From Octopus vulgaris (lineage: Eukaryota), in contig OX597833.1 in the NCBI GenBank assembly GCA_951406725.2, forward strand, positions 12,648,001-12,712,000: a stretch of DNA of 64,000 nucleotides. The letters run 5' to 3'. The position numbers were made by a program, and so were the translations under genes. This document shows positions 13,925 to 26,133 of this stretch, piece by piece. How positions within the stretch are numbered: position 1 is the first letter of the stretch; the number at the start of each line of letters is the position of its first letter. The notes under the pieces were generated by a model that searched no databases, was not told the DNA's origin, and saw nothing but the letters and a program-made list of their open reading frames with translations.

Positions 13925-14445
13925 TAGACTGGCTTCTGTGCCGGTGGCATGTAAAAAGCACCATCCGAATCGTGGCTGATGCCAGCGCCGCCTTGACTGG
14001 CTTCCGTGCCAGTGGCACGTAAAAAGCACCATCCGAATCGTGGCTGATGCCAGCGCCGCCTTGACCGGCTTCCGTGCCAGTGGCACGTAAAAAGCACCAT
14101 CCGAATCGTGGCCGATGCCAGCGCCGCCTTGACTGGCTTCTGTGCCGGTGGCACGTAAAAGGCACCAACCGAATCGTGGCCGATGCCAGCGCTGCCTTGA
14201 CTGGCTTCCGTGCCCTGGCACGTAAAATGCACCAATCCGATCATGGCCTTGCCTGGCACCTGTGCAGGTGGCACATAAAAAGCACCCGCTACACTCACGG
14301 AGTGGTTGGCGTTAGGAAGGGCATCCAGCTGTAGAAACACTGCCAGATCAGACTGGAGCCTGGTGCAGCCTTCTGGCTTCCCAGATCCCCAGTCGAACCG
14401 TCCAATCCATGCTAGCATGGAGAACGGATGTTAAACAATGATGAT
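13925..14445 (+). mobile_element. SINE-like family C with internal 60-bp tandem repeats and (GAT)n tail; other copies at 546-912, 13025-13545, 16817-16975, 18758-19015, 22916-23083, 24075-24320, 28410-28710, 41478-41790, 52312-52615, 57957-58268, 60528-60945
   Basis: about 5 units of GTGGCACGTAAAAAGCACCATCCGAATCGTGGC..., then the shared GGTTGGCGTTAGGAAGGGCATCCAGC core. Confidence 0.85.
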
Positions 14446-14502
14446 ACCCCTGTTTCCCTATATCAGTGTAAATAATTAATACCTTTTGTCTCTGTTTCCA
14501 AG

Positions 14503-14636
14503 GTGCCCCTGGTGCTGGAAAGTCAGCATTTGCAGCCTATCTGATGGCCAACTCAGATCTGCCTTTCGTCAAGATCTGTTCACCTGAGCAAATGATTGGA
14601 TACAGTGAAATGGCCAAAGTTCAGTACATTCGAAAG
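14503..14636 (+). CDS. NSF: NSF exon (D2 Walker A)
   Basis: ccaAG|GT GCC...AAG|GTgag; GAPGAGKSAFAAYLMANSDLPFVKICSPEQMIGYSEMAKVQYIRK. Confidence 0.95.
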
Positions 14637-14755
14637 GTGAGCACTCTGTTGTATTGTTTCTTTCTGTCTTGATCTCTCCCTCCCCATAACTCTCTATGAT
14701 TGTTTCTTTGCAGAAATTGGTTTATCTTTTTTGTATGCACCGACATGCTATAGAT

Positions 14756-14974
14756 CAGTGGTTTTCAACCAGGGTTCCACAGAACATTAGGGTTCCGCCA
14801 GTGCAGTCCAGGGGTTCCACAAGAAGTTACAAAACGGCAAAAATCGGCAGTAATTTTTAATTCTCCTGTGCAGCTATGTGTGCATAAGACTATTAAATTA
14901 TTGCACAGGGGTTCCCCGAGCCAGTGGAATGTTTCCTTGGGGTTCCGCTCCAGCAAAAAGTTTGAAAAGCACTG
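14756..14974 (+). mobile_element. hAT (Charlie-like) MITE
   Basis: CAGTG...CACTG termini, perfect 8-bp TSD CTATAGAT; second copy at 50149-50358. Confidence 0.9.
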
Positions 14975-16643
14975 CTATAGATAATAGCACTCTCTCTCTC
15001 CCTCCCTTCTCCCTCTCTCTCTGTATACATACACATATATATGTTTATTGCTATTTAGCAGAAGCAACAGAGTGACTCAAGGGTCGAGAGTTTTGTGTAT
15101 TATTAAAGGTGGTGAGCTGACAGGATCCTTAATGTATCAGACAAAATACTTAGCAGCATTTCACTTGGTACTTTATTTTCTGAGTTCAAATGCTACCGAG
15201 GTCAACTTTACCTTTTGTCCTTTCAGAATTGATAAAATAAGTACCAGTTGAGCACTGGGGTTGATGTAACCTATTTCTTTATTACCCACAAGGGGCTAAA
15301 CATAGAGGGGACAAACAAGGACAGACATAGGTATTAAGTCGATTACATCGACCCCAGTGCGTAACTGGTGCTTAATTTATCGACCCCGAAAGGATGAAAG
15401 GCAAAGTCGACCTTGGCGGAATTTGAACTCAGAACATAACGACAGACGAAATACGGCTACGCATTTTGCCCGGCGTGCTAACGTTTCTGCCACTTCACCA
15501 CCTTCATTGGGGTTGATGTAACCTGGGGTTGATTATTACTATTACCCCCCCACACACACACACTCACAAATTGTCAATCTGAAAAAGAAGTACACTCTAA
15601 AGTATAAAGCAGTAAAATATTTATAAGTAGTTAAGTCTATGACCAGTCATAGAGAGACCAATGGTTTTGTATCCACAAAGGGCTTAGCTTCATGGGCACC
15701 TTTTCAGCCAAAGACAAATGTGACTCTTCATCCCTGGGAAGTGTCTGACGAGACGTCCACAGGGCTGAGCCATTTGTGGATGCAAAACCATTGGTCATTC
15801 TATGACTGGACATAGACTTAACTACCTATAAAAATATATATATATATATATATTAAGAACCAATTTACTTAGAAATGGATGCGTGCGTTCTGTCATAACA
15901 AATTAATAAATAAAACATATGCATATATACATCTGTACTCTATTTTTTTCTTGTTTAAGAAAAATGTCCAGTTCCTTGGTTTTGTGTTTATGTTTTTCGT
16001 TTCTCATTGTGTTCGACGTTTTTTTGGTGTCCTGTACCCATATATGCATGTATATATACATGTAGATGTAGGTACGTACATATATGTATCTATATATGCA
16101 TATGTTTTATTTATTAATTTGTTATATATATATATATATATAAAAAATTAACAGAATGAGATAAAAATCCAAGGCTGTCAAAGATTTCAAAACATTTATA
16201 AAGAGAAAGTCTTACGGCTGTTTCTGGGATATTTTATGCATCCTGGAAACATCTGTAAGGTCTTCTCTTTATAAATGTTTTGTAATCTTTGACAGCCTTG
16301 GATTTTTATCTCATTCTGTTAATTTTTTATATATACACATGCTGATATATGACCTACGTTAGACTCCTCATTCGCATAATCACCAAACCTGGAGCTTAAC
16401 TATGGTCTGTCCATAGCACTTACTCAGCATTATCTGACACTTTGGGTCTTCTTGACACCATTACATCTCATAATCTATATATATATATATATATATATAT
16501 AGTAAAATGATACTTATAGTGAACTTACCTTAGGGAGTAGAAAATCCATTTCAGGAAATGAAGAAAATGCTTTTTCTTCATTTTCTTCATTTCCTTTTTA
16601 TATATATATTATAATAAGAGATATATATTTATTTTATAGAAGG

Positions 16644-16694
16644 AGCTTCTACAGGACTAGAACTGTTTCATTCAAATGAAATCATCAGGAAGCT
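16644..16694 (-). ncRNA. Type I hammerhead ribozyme motif, same family as 22183-22233
   Basis: reverse complement reads GCTTC-CTGATGA-TTTCATTTGAAT-GAAAC-AG-TTCTAGTC-CT-GTA-GAAGC. Confidence 0.7.
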
Positions 16695-17392
16695 TTCATT
16701 TGAATGAAACAGTTCTAGTCCTGTAGAAGCTCCTTCTATAAAATAAATTAATTTACTCTGCTATGTATTGAGTACCTTATTTACTGTGGTTAACCCCGAC
16801 TCAACCCGGGACCTACATCATCATCATCATCATCATCATCATTTAGCGTCCGTTTTCCATGCTAGCATGGGTTGGACGGTTCAACTGGGGTCTGGGGAGC
16901 CCGAAGGCTGCACCAGGCCAGTAGATCTGGCAGTGTTTCTACAGCTGGATGCCCTTCCTAACGCCAACCACTCCGAGATATATATATATATATTTATATA
17001 TGGAACATGTATATGTCTGTGAGCAAGCATGTTGGTTTTAAACAATTATTTTGTCTATTTAATTAAATTAATTTCTCTGTATTACCAACAACGACTTTAG
17101 ACTAATCCCATTAGTATGTATATGTGTATTTGTCTGCAGGTTTACTTTGATTACCTCTATATCCAACATGTTATATGCTTAATTCACAGTAGTTGAGACC
17201 CTACACTAAATATGTATATACACATTTATAAATATACATATATATCCTTGAACTTAAAATTAGTGGAACAATGGGGAGGCGTAGAGATGAAATAACTACT
17301 GAGATTCCATTTTCTTGCTCCTTCTCTCCTAAAATTTCTGGTGTTGCACCTATTTTAGAAATGATTTTTTTCTTGTGACATTCTATTTGTAG

Positions 17393-17459
17393 ATGTTTGA
17401 AGATGCTTACAAGTCTCCTCTCAGCTGCATTCTTCTTGATGACATTGAACGGATTATTG
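17393..17459 (+). CDS. NSF: NSF exon (D2 Walker B)
   Basis: tgtAG|ATG...ATT G|GTaag; MFEDAYKSPLSCILLDDIERII(D). Confidence 0.95.
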
Positions 17460-17960
17460 GTAAGTATTTCCATTTTCTTCTTTCTCTTTGTCAGTAGGAA
17501 CACTTCACGGTCCATTGAGGACAGTAACTGTTTCTTTTATATTTTGGAAATTTCTTATTGTAAACACTGTTGTTAGGGAAAAAGATTGGAAGTTTATAAA
17601 CTTAAAGTTATCTTTACTTCTGACTGATTATGCCTGTTGTTAACACCTCTGTGGTATCTAATACACCACCCCCCTTTTACCTGCCTGAGTTACTTATCGG
17701 CCTTATTTTACCCTCAAGTCACTGTTTTATTAACATCTGTGTCTCTCTTACCTTTTTGAACATCTATCACTTGTATTCTCTGGCTTTAAGGGCCATGAAA
17801 GGCCTGGCTTTGAGTGTTGTGAAAAGTCTTATGTTCCTTTCTGTTGAGGAGTGTTGGCTCGAAACATAAAAAACGTTCTCATTTTCACGAGCGTCAAACT
17901 AATACACCTGCTTGTTGTTTATACACCTGTCTTTGTCTTTTGTTTTTCTGTAAATTTCAG

Positions 17961-18007
<47 letters not shown>

Positions 18008-18024
18008 TATATATATACTCATGA

Positions 18025-18225
<201 letters not shown>

Positions 18226-19263
18226 TGATATGCTAGTATCATTATCATGTTTATTTGCTTGATTGATATTGCCTAAGAATTACATCAAGAGTACATGTGT
18301 CTTAGCAATATTCAGCCACTTACATATTTCTTCAATGAGCAAGTCATTCAATTGATCAAACAACTGAACCCTCATTACCAAATGCTGGCAAACCATCTGT
18401 CTGTGGCGACCAAGGAAAATTTTTTTAAATGGACAGATTAAAACTTGTTTTTTTATTCTTTATTTTTGAATGGTTTGTTTTTTAATAAGTTGTCTGGATA
18501 TTAGAAATACAACCCAACTCTATACATTACATTAAATGTTGGTCAAAGTAGATGCTATATGAAATTTTTAAAAAAAATCAAACAAGTAAAATAAAATACG
18601 ATAAAATGTAATTAGTTTACAAAACATGGATTTATAGTTTCCTTTAGATCTTGGTAACTATAAATAGCTACAAGTTCAGAATATGTTAAAGCATTGACTA
18701 CATATGTAGGAGAAAACATGCCTTGAAAACTAAAGTAAGTTCTGGTATATTGTGATACATCATCATCATCATCATCGTTTAGCATCTGCTTTCCATGCAC
18801 CAGGCCCAGTCTGATCTGGCAATGTTTCTACAGCTGGATGCCCTTCCTAACGCCAACCACTCCGTGAGTGTAGTGGGTGCTTTTTACGTGCCACCAGCAC
18901 AGGTGCCAGATGAGGCTGGCAAAGGGCCACGATTGGATGGTGCTTTTTACATGCCATCAGCACGAGGCCAGTCGGGGCAGCGCTGGCAACGGCCACGTTC
19001 CGCTGGCAGCGGCCACGTTGTGATACCTTCTAAATATATATATGGTGATCTGTCTTTTGAAACCAGCCCAACTTAGACTAACTCTGATTCTATGATACAA
19101 ACTTCCTGATAAAGTGATCTAAATTAAAACCTTTCAAAATTTTGTGCTCGTTACATCCAAAGACAAAATGATTTTACAAAATTTTTCATTATTTTCAAAA
19201 CCAATTGGATGAAGAACAGTGTATGTCTATAGAAATCTTAACGAGAGTTGTGCAAGATATTAA

Positions 19264-19710
19264 CCCTTTAGTGTTCAGATTACTCCATCAAACGGTAGAG
19301 GAGTAGGGGCCAAAACCAGACATGGTTCCTCCTGATGATGTCTTGAGTTAACTGGATCCTATAAAGGAGCTGTTGTGATAGTAGACCACGAAACACGGTT
19401 GTAATTCCACTCTCTTGCAAGCATTTGAACCAGGATTTTACTCTGTGTTTAACTTCCTCTCTTCCCATATTAGTCTTGGAGGTCCTGAAAAAGAGCATGG
19501 TTGTTGCTCTTACTTACATGGTTGTTGCCTATTGATTCCCATTGATTTGAATTAATCATGCATTATCTCATATCTTCAAGATCTTGATGGTGTAATTACT
19601 TGATGTAGAATAACATTGTAGGGTAGGTGTGAGAGCCTGGATCTGGTCAGTTTGAACATAAAACAGATTAACTATTTTGGCCGGATATGGCCGGTTTAAA
19701 TACTAAAGGG
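19264..19710. mobile_element. piggyBac-like MITE, family 2, with an internal insertion
   Basis: TTAA|CCCTTTAG...CTAAAGGG|TTAA; uninterrupted copy at 51332-51552. Confidence 0.8.
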
Positions 19711-19981
19711 TTAAGGTGTAGTAAATAGTATTCTGGTGGTAAATAAAGAGAAAGGAAGTCTTTATTTTTATTGTTCTTGTGGGATTTTGCTCAGCTCTAA
19801 CCTATTGTAGAGAAGAACTAATCAAGCATGTGAAAACAACTCATGGATCTGAACACAACAAACATGTATATTGATTTAAATTTGCTGTTCTGTTGATGTT
19901 TATGCCATGATGATAATGGCCCTAAATCAGACAGGCCTTGAAACAAACGGGTCTCGTTTAAGATACTGAAAATGTTGATTA

Positions 19982-20268
19982 GTTCACTCCTGCTCCAGAG
20001 CGTCGGCTGCAGGGTCACTCTGAAAAGCTCTATCTGCAACGATTTCATCTCAATCGAAGGAGAGGGGTTTTCTCCGTCCAGGTTGTGGATCCGTGGAATA
20101 AACTACTGGACGAGATAGTGAAGATGCCGACGACCACTCGGTTCAAAGTCTCCCTTGACCACAAGTGGCCTGAACTCTTTACATGAACACCACCCTGTAC
20201 ATAACTCCATGTCCCCCTACATGGCCTTGCTTTTTGCTTTTTGAGCCAAATAATTAACTAACTAACTA
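19982..20268 (+). mobile_element. CR1-like LINE 3' fragment with (TAAC)n tail
   Basis: RGHSEKLYLQRFHLNRRR...WNKL...FKVSLDHKWPELFT* followed by a 3' UTR shared with 1517-1800. Confidence 0.8.
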
Positions 20269-20334
20269 CTATAAAAAAAGTTGAGCAATTGGACAGTAGA
20301 AATTCCTATAACTCTCATCTTCTTTCATTTACAG

Positions 20335-20531
20335 GGTCGACGTCTTCTCATATTTGGAACAACTGGCCTGAAAGATGTTCTTACTGAGATGGGAATGTTA
20401 AATGCTTTCATGGCAAACCAACATGTATCAGTTTTAACAAAACCAGATCATGTTATGGTGGCTTTACAAGAGTTGGAAATATTCAACACAAATGACTTGG
20501 AAAAGATCAGAGACAGGATCGGCGACAGAAG
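20335..20531 (+). CDS. NSF: NSF exon (D2)
   Basis: tacAG|GGT...AG|GTttg; GRRLLIFGTTGLKDVLTEMGMLNAF...LQELEIFNTNDLEKIRDRIGDR. Confidence 0.94.
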
Positions 20532-21806
20532 GTTTGTCTGTTATTTCGTTTTTCATCTTTTAGTTATGTAATGTTTATACTTCACAGCTGCTGCCAGTAT
20601 CAAAATTTTTGCCAGTCTGAAAAAAGTTTTGTGATTGTAAATAAAAGCTGTATATGGTTTTAGCAGAGGATAAAAAACATCACTGATGACCTTTCATGAG
20701 ATGTCTGAAATATGTGGAGGCAGCAGAGGAAGAAACATCAGTTGCCAAAGTAGGAATCAGCACATCAAGATAACCAATTATCCTTAGAATTGGGCAAAAG
20801 CTTGCAATAGTTTAGCTCTGCTAAGGCACCTGTTTCGGGACTTGGTGTTAGAAAAACACAGCTGTCACTTAGTCCTGAACCTCAAAATCACAATTCAACA
20901 AGTATTATTGTTTGGGATCCAAAACAAGATCTAAGCATTCTTCTAATTATACATTTTACTGTTTGAATATATACATAGGTGCAGGAGTGGCTGTGTGGTA
21001 AGTAGCTCGCTTACCAACCACATGGTCCCGGGTTCAGTCCCACTGCGTGGCACCTTGGGCAAGTGTCTTCTACTATAGCCTCGGGCCGACCAAAGCCTTG
21101 TGAGTGGATTTGGTAGACGGAAACTGAAAGAAGCCCGTCGTATATATGTATATATATATATATATGTGTGAGTGTATGTTTGTGTGTCTGTGTCTGTCCC
21201 CCTAGCATTGCTTGACAACCGATGCTGGTGTGTTTATGTCCCCGTTACTTAGCGGTTCGGCAAAAGAGACCGATAGAATAAGTACTGGGCTTACAAAAGA
21301 ATAAGTCCCGGGGTCGAGTTGCTCGATTAAAGGCGGTGCTCCAGCATGACTGCAGTCAAATAACTGAAACAAGTACTTATTCTATCGGTCTCTTTTGCCG
21401 AACCGCTAAGTAACGGGGACATAAACACACCAGCATCGGTTGTCAAGCAATGCTAGGGGGACAGACACAGACACACAAACATACACGCACATATATATAT
21501 ATACATATATACGACGGGCTTCTTTCAGTTTCCGTCTACCAAATCCACTCACAAGGCTTTGGTCGGCCCAAGGCTATAATAGAAGACACTTGCCCAAGGT
21601 GCCACGCAGTGGGACTGAACCCGGAACCATGTGGTTGGTAAACAAGCTACTTACCACACAGCCACTCCTGCGCCTATTGGTACTCATTTTCAGTCAAGTA
21701 GATGGAAATGTGAAATTTCAGAACTCCTTATGTAAGCTACATTGTAGAAATGACTACAGGAAATTGAATCTTACTACATTTTAACTCAAAATTAAATATA
21801 TTATTA

Positions 21807-21837
<31 letters not shown>

Positions 21838-21856
21838 TTTATTTTTACCTTTTCAG

Positions 21857-21908
21857 ATTCCATTTACCAATAAAGAAATTGTTAATGATTGCAGAGTTTG
21901 CTAGGCAG
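21857..21908 (+). CDS. NSF: NSF exon (D2 IKKLL motif)
   Basis: ttttcAG|A TTC...CAG|GTaag; (R)FHLPIKKLLMIAEFARQ. Confidence 0.92.
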
Positions 21909-22182
21909 GTAAGTAAAATGACCACAGTTTGTGGCTTTTTAAATTGCTGAGTGGTGATTTCATGCATGACTGAACTAATCATCCCTGTCATTGTCATTTG
22001 AGCATCTGAGTTAATTAATAGTTTTTTGTATGTATGCATGCATACAGGATTGATGTAATAAACTTAACCCCTCCCCAAAACACTGACCTTGTACCAAAAT
22101 TTGAAACTTTCATTTATATATATATATATATATATGTATAATCTGCCTAAATGTATAAATGCCAAAACTATTCTTGACACCA

Positions 22183-22233
22183 AGCTTCCTGATGATTTCA
22201 TTTGAATGAAACAGTTCTAGTCCTGTAGAAGCT
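22183..22233 (+). ncRNA. Type I hammerhead ribozyme motif
   Basis: AGCTTC/GAAGCT helix I (6 bp), CTGATGA 22189-22195, weak helix II TTCA/TGAA, GAAA, helix III CAG/CTG, GUA cleavage triplet. Confidence 0.72.
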
Positions 22234-22318
22234 CCTTCTATAAAATAAATTAATTTACTCTGCTATGTATTGAGTACCTTATTTACTGTGGTTAACCCCG
22301 ACTCAACCCGGGACCTAC

Positions 22319-22373
<55 letters not shown>

Positions 22374-22502
22374 TAGGTGAATGAATTATCCTAGTATTGA
22401 TAATTCGGTTAATCGATACCTGGGTAGCAAATTCACGTCAGAAAACACAGTTGAAGCTACATGCCATAAAAATGTTTTTGTTCGTCTTGAGGCTGATAGA
22501 GG

Positions 22503-22601
22503 TTCCTTGTCTTTCCTGATGAGAAGACGGCATAATGCACCCTTTATTCCTTCGGAATTAAGAGTATGCAGTCTTCGAAACATGTGTTGAGAGTAAAGGA
22601 A
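22503..22601 (+). ncRNA. Type I hammerhead ribozyme motif
   Basis: TTCCTT/AAGGAA plus CTTTC/GAGAG helix I, CTGATGA 22516-22522, perfect GAAGAC/GTCTTC helix II, GAAA 22577-22580, CATGTG, GUU triplet. Confidence 0.8.
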
Positions 22602-23208
22602 TTTTGTTAAAATCTTCGTTCGATTCCATTCTTTCATTTATTATATATATATATATATATATATAAATTATAATAAGGGTGTTGTATAATTACAACACGA
22701 GTCTGCTAGAAATAGACCTCAAATTGTCTATGAATCGCTTAGATTATAGTAATAATCTAAGTGGTCCTTAGACCATTTGAGGTCTATTTCTAGCAGACTG
22801 GTATTGTAATCATTCAGTACCCTTATTGTAATTTTGATATAAAATTAACCGTTATGGTATTTTTAGTATGCTAGCCACTGATAAATCATTAAATAATGAT
22901 TTTATCCTAATTATAACACTCACGGAGTGGTTGGCATTAGGAAGGGCATCCAGCTGTAGAAACACTGCCAGATCAGACTGGTGCCTGGTGCAGCCTCCTG
23001 GCTTCCCAAATCCTGGTCGAACCATCCAGCCCGTGCTAACATGGAAAACGGATGTTAAACAATGATGATGATGATGATGATGATATATATATATATATAT
23101 ATACAAGACCAAAAAGGGTACGGGCGCCGCTATATATGTATATGTAGAAAAATACAATCATCTTCTAAATGTTTTGCGTTCTTGTCCCAGTTTGTATTTT
23201 TTTACATA

Positions 23209-23315
<107 letters not shown>

Positions 23316-23484
23316 TTTGATTAAATTAAATAAAGAATATGGGATAAAAATTCATTACCTGCATGGAACAAGGTAAATAACCATGATGAAGCCCTGTCAT
23401 CAGCAAAATCCATTGTCAAATTGACACAAACTCAAAATCTTTGCTGCTGCTGCTCAACCATTAAATTTTTGGCAGGGTTTCACC

Positions 23485-23524
<40 letters not shown>

Positions 23525-23603
23525 GAGCGGTCTGAAAAGTTAGAGAATGCAGGTCGTTAGAATCGCACGTGCTTCTAACGATATGTACTTCTAGGATGAC
23601 AAA

Positions 23604-23687
23604 GGCTGCTTGCTGATGAGTCTAGCCTTGGCAGATAAATTATATTCATCTGCTAAAAAAAGACGAAACTGCAGTACAAGATGAGCT
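23604..23687 (+). ncRNA. Type I hammerhead ribozyme motif
   Basis: GGCT/AGCT plus CTTG/CAAG helix I, CTGATGA 23613-23619, GTCT/AGAC helix II with inner GCAGAT/ATCTGC hairpin, GAAA, palindromic CTGCAG, GUA triplet. Confidence 0.82.
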
Positions 23688-23780
23688 GAGTTTGTAAACG
23701 TTTTTGATTTTCATTTCATGAATTTATCCCCTTTTTGTGTATCTAGCACTTGCTTCTTCTTTTAGAGGCCTTTTAATGTA

Positions 23781-23823
<43 letters not shown>

Positions 23824-24366
23824 TTCCTCCTTACCCCCCAACCTCCCCCACACCTACCCATATATATATATACACATCCTACGTTTATATTTCTTACGAA
23901 CCTTCACCAACCCTTCCTGCCATCGTTCCTCCTTACCCCAACCTTCCCCACTGGTGCTCCCCTATATTACCCGCACCCCTTTACTATCTCTCCCTCTCTT
24001 TTCACTGGTGAAACCTTTCTCAGCTGGACCCCCCCCAACTCAACTCTACCCCGCATCCCGTTGCCCCCGTGTCCCTGGCACGTTAAAAGCTCGAACCGAT
24101 CGTGACCGATGCCGGACCCCCCGGCCCCTGTGCAGGTGGCACGTAAAAAGCACCCAATCCACTCACGGAGTGGTTGGCGTTAGGAAGGGCATCCAGCCGT
24201 AGAAACTCTGCCAGAATCAGACTGGAGCCTGGAGCGGCCCCTGGCTTCCCAGACCCCGGTCGAACCGTCCAACCCGTGCTAGCGCGGAAAACGGACGTTA
24301 AACGATGATGATGATGATGATATATGTTATTTCTACATCTTTTTTTCCTTTCTTTTTCTACTTCAG

Positions 24367-24444
24367 GTTGATGAAAAAGAACGACTTCAGCAGCTTCTAC
24401 ATCGCTTCGAAGATGAAGGATGCATGTTCTTAGACAATATCTAA
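24367..24444 (+). CDS. NSF: NSF terminal coding exon with TAA stop
   Basis: long polypyrimidine tract, cttcAG|GTT; VDEKERLQQLLHRFEDEGCMFLDNI*, resembles the NSF C-terminus; AATAAA immediately after the stop. Confidence 0.88.
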   Translation, partial: VDEKERLQQLLHRFEDEGCMFLDNI

Positions 24445-25281
24445 AAATAAAAGAGGTACTTTACATAATTATTTTTGTCACTACTTGTTTTCTTAGCCCT
24501 GTTTCTTAATTTATGTTTAATTTTGATGTACTGCATTATTATTATCAGTAATTTTTTTTTTTAAAGAAAATATTTTGAGCTCTGTTTTATTTCATCTCAG
24601 TTTGTCTCATTGCCATCCACGTTTGTGAGCACATTTTGTGCTTGGGCTTACGGAAAGGAGTTATAAGGGCGAAGGGGTGGAATCAATAGAGCTTTGAACA
24701 GCATACTGTCTGGTATTTCGTTGTGTCACTCTACATTTTGAGTTCAAATCCTGCCAGGGCCAACTTTGCCTTTAATCTTCCTAGAATAAATAAAATAAGT
24801 ACCTGAGTACTAGATTTCATTTAATCAGCTGTTCCCTCTATCCCAGAATGTTTGGCCTTATGCCTATATTGAAGCTATTATCCTTATTAGTGTAATTTAT
24901 TATCAGTTGCTGTTATTATTGAAGTGGTGTGGTGGCAGTATTTAGTTATGTCCTTATAGATCTTGAGATCAAATCCCAGCTAGGTCAACTTTTCCTTTCA
25001 TCCTTCTGGGGTTGATAAAATAAAGTACCAGTCAAGAACTGGGGGACAATATAACAGACTACTACCCCACCTTCCAGATTTCTGGCCCAGTGCCTATTTA
25101 TTGTTATAGATGTTTTTGCTGTTATTATCTGTTACTATTATTAAGTTGGGGCTGTGGCAGTATTTGTTACGTTCCTACAGATTCAGAGATCTAATCATAC
25201 CAAGGTCAACTTTGCCTTTCACCCTTCCAGTGGTGGATTGTCGATAAAAATAAGTACCAGTGAAGAACTGGGTTGATTTAA

Positions 25282-25503
25282 CCCTTTCGATACCAACCCG
25301 GCTGAAACCGGCTCTGGCTCTGTAGTAAAAATGTCCTGTTTTCATAAGTTTTGAATTAAAATCTTCAACCAGACCTTAGTCACAATTTATGTTCCTAACA
25401 CTAGCTGAATGATAACTAAGTTATTTTACTAAATTCTTTGTTATATTTAAAATTAATTGAAAGAAACACAGAGCATCTCAAAAGAAATACAGTAACGAAA
25501 GGG
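25282..25503. mobile_element. piggyBac-like MITE, family 1
   Basis: TTAA|CCCTTTCG...CGAAAGGG|TTAA; further copies at 30972-31192, 31224-31426 and partial 52081-52282. Confidence 0.88.
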
Positions 25504-26085
25504 TTAATCAGCTGTTCCCTTCCTTATAATTTATGACCTTGTGCCTACATAATAAATGATTTATTGTTACTAATTTATATCATTATTTTTGTTGTGGGTG
25601 TTGTGATGTGTTGGTATGTTACTCTGTAAACTATGTTTCACTCGTGCTGCTAATGTTGCTGGATAAACTCAAAAAGTTTTTGTACAGCAAAACAAAGTCA
25701 AACCACTATGTTATAGTAAGATTTTTTTTCTCCCCTTTTTGTTTTAAAATAAACAGAAAGGAGATTTATGACAAAAAAGCAACCCCTAATTTTAAAAAAG
25801 CTGCTCAAAATGTAGCACACGTTATGTATATTTACCACGATATTTATTCAAATTTTTCCAAAAAAATCTTGACTCTTCTCAGTAAAGTAAAAATGATAAT
25901 AATAATAATAATAATAAATAAAACTAAAAAAAAAAACATTTAGAAAATGTTCTATATTGTGTGATTTTGTGTCCATAAAGCTATACTTGTCATCTATTGT
26001 ATGTAGAAGTTTGTTTATTTTTTACATTTACTCTCCATCAGTATTTCACACATTTCCACATGTATGTGCGTGTACAATATTAAGA

Positions 26086-26133
<48 letters not shown>

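Noticed and set aside
13925-14230. Regular 60-bp repeats resembling a CRISPR array
   Set aside because: Units are near-identical throughout with no unique spacers. They are internal repeats of a dispersed SINE-like family in eukaryotic DNA, and there are no cas genes.
20683-20716. CTGATGA...GAAATATGTG possible hammerhead (similar weak cases at 23382-23416 and 27880-27900)
   Set aside because: Helix I and II do not pair convincingly; at best heavily decayed.
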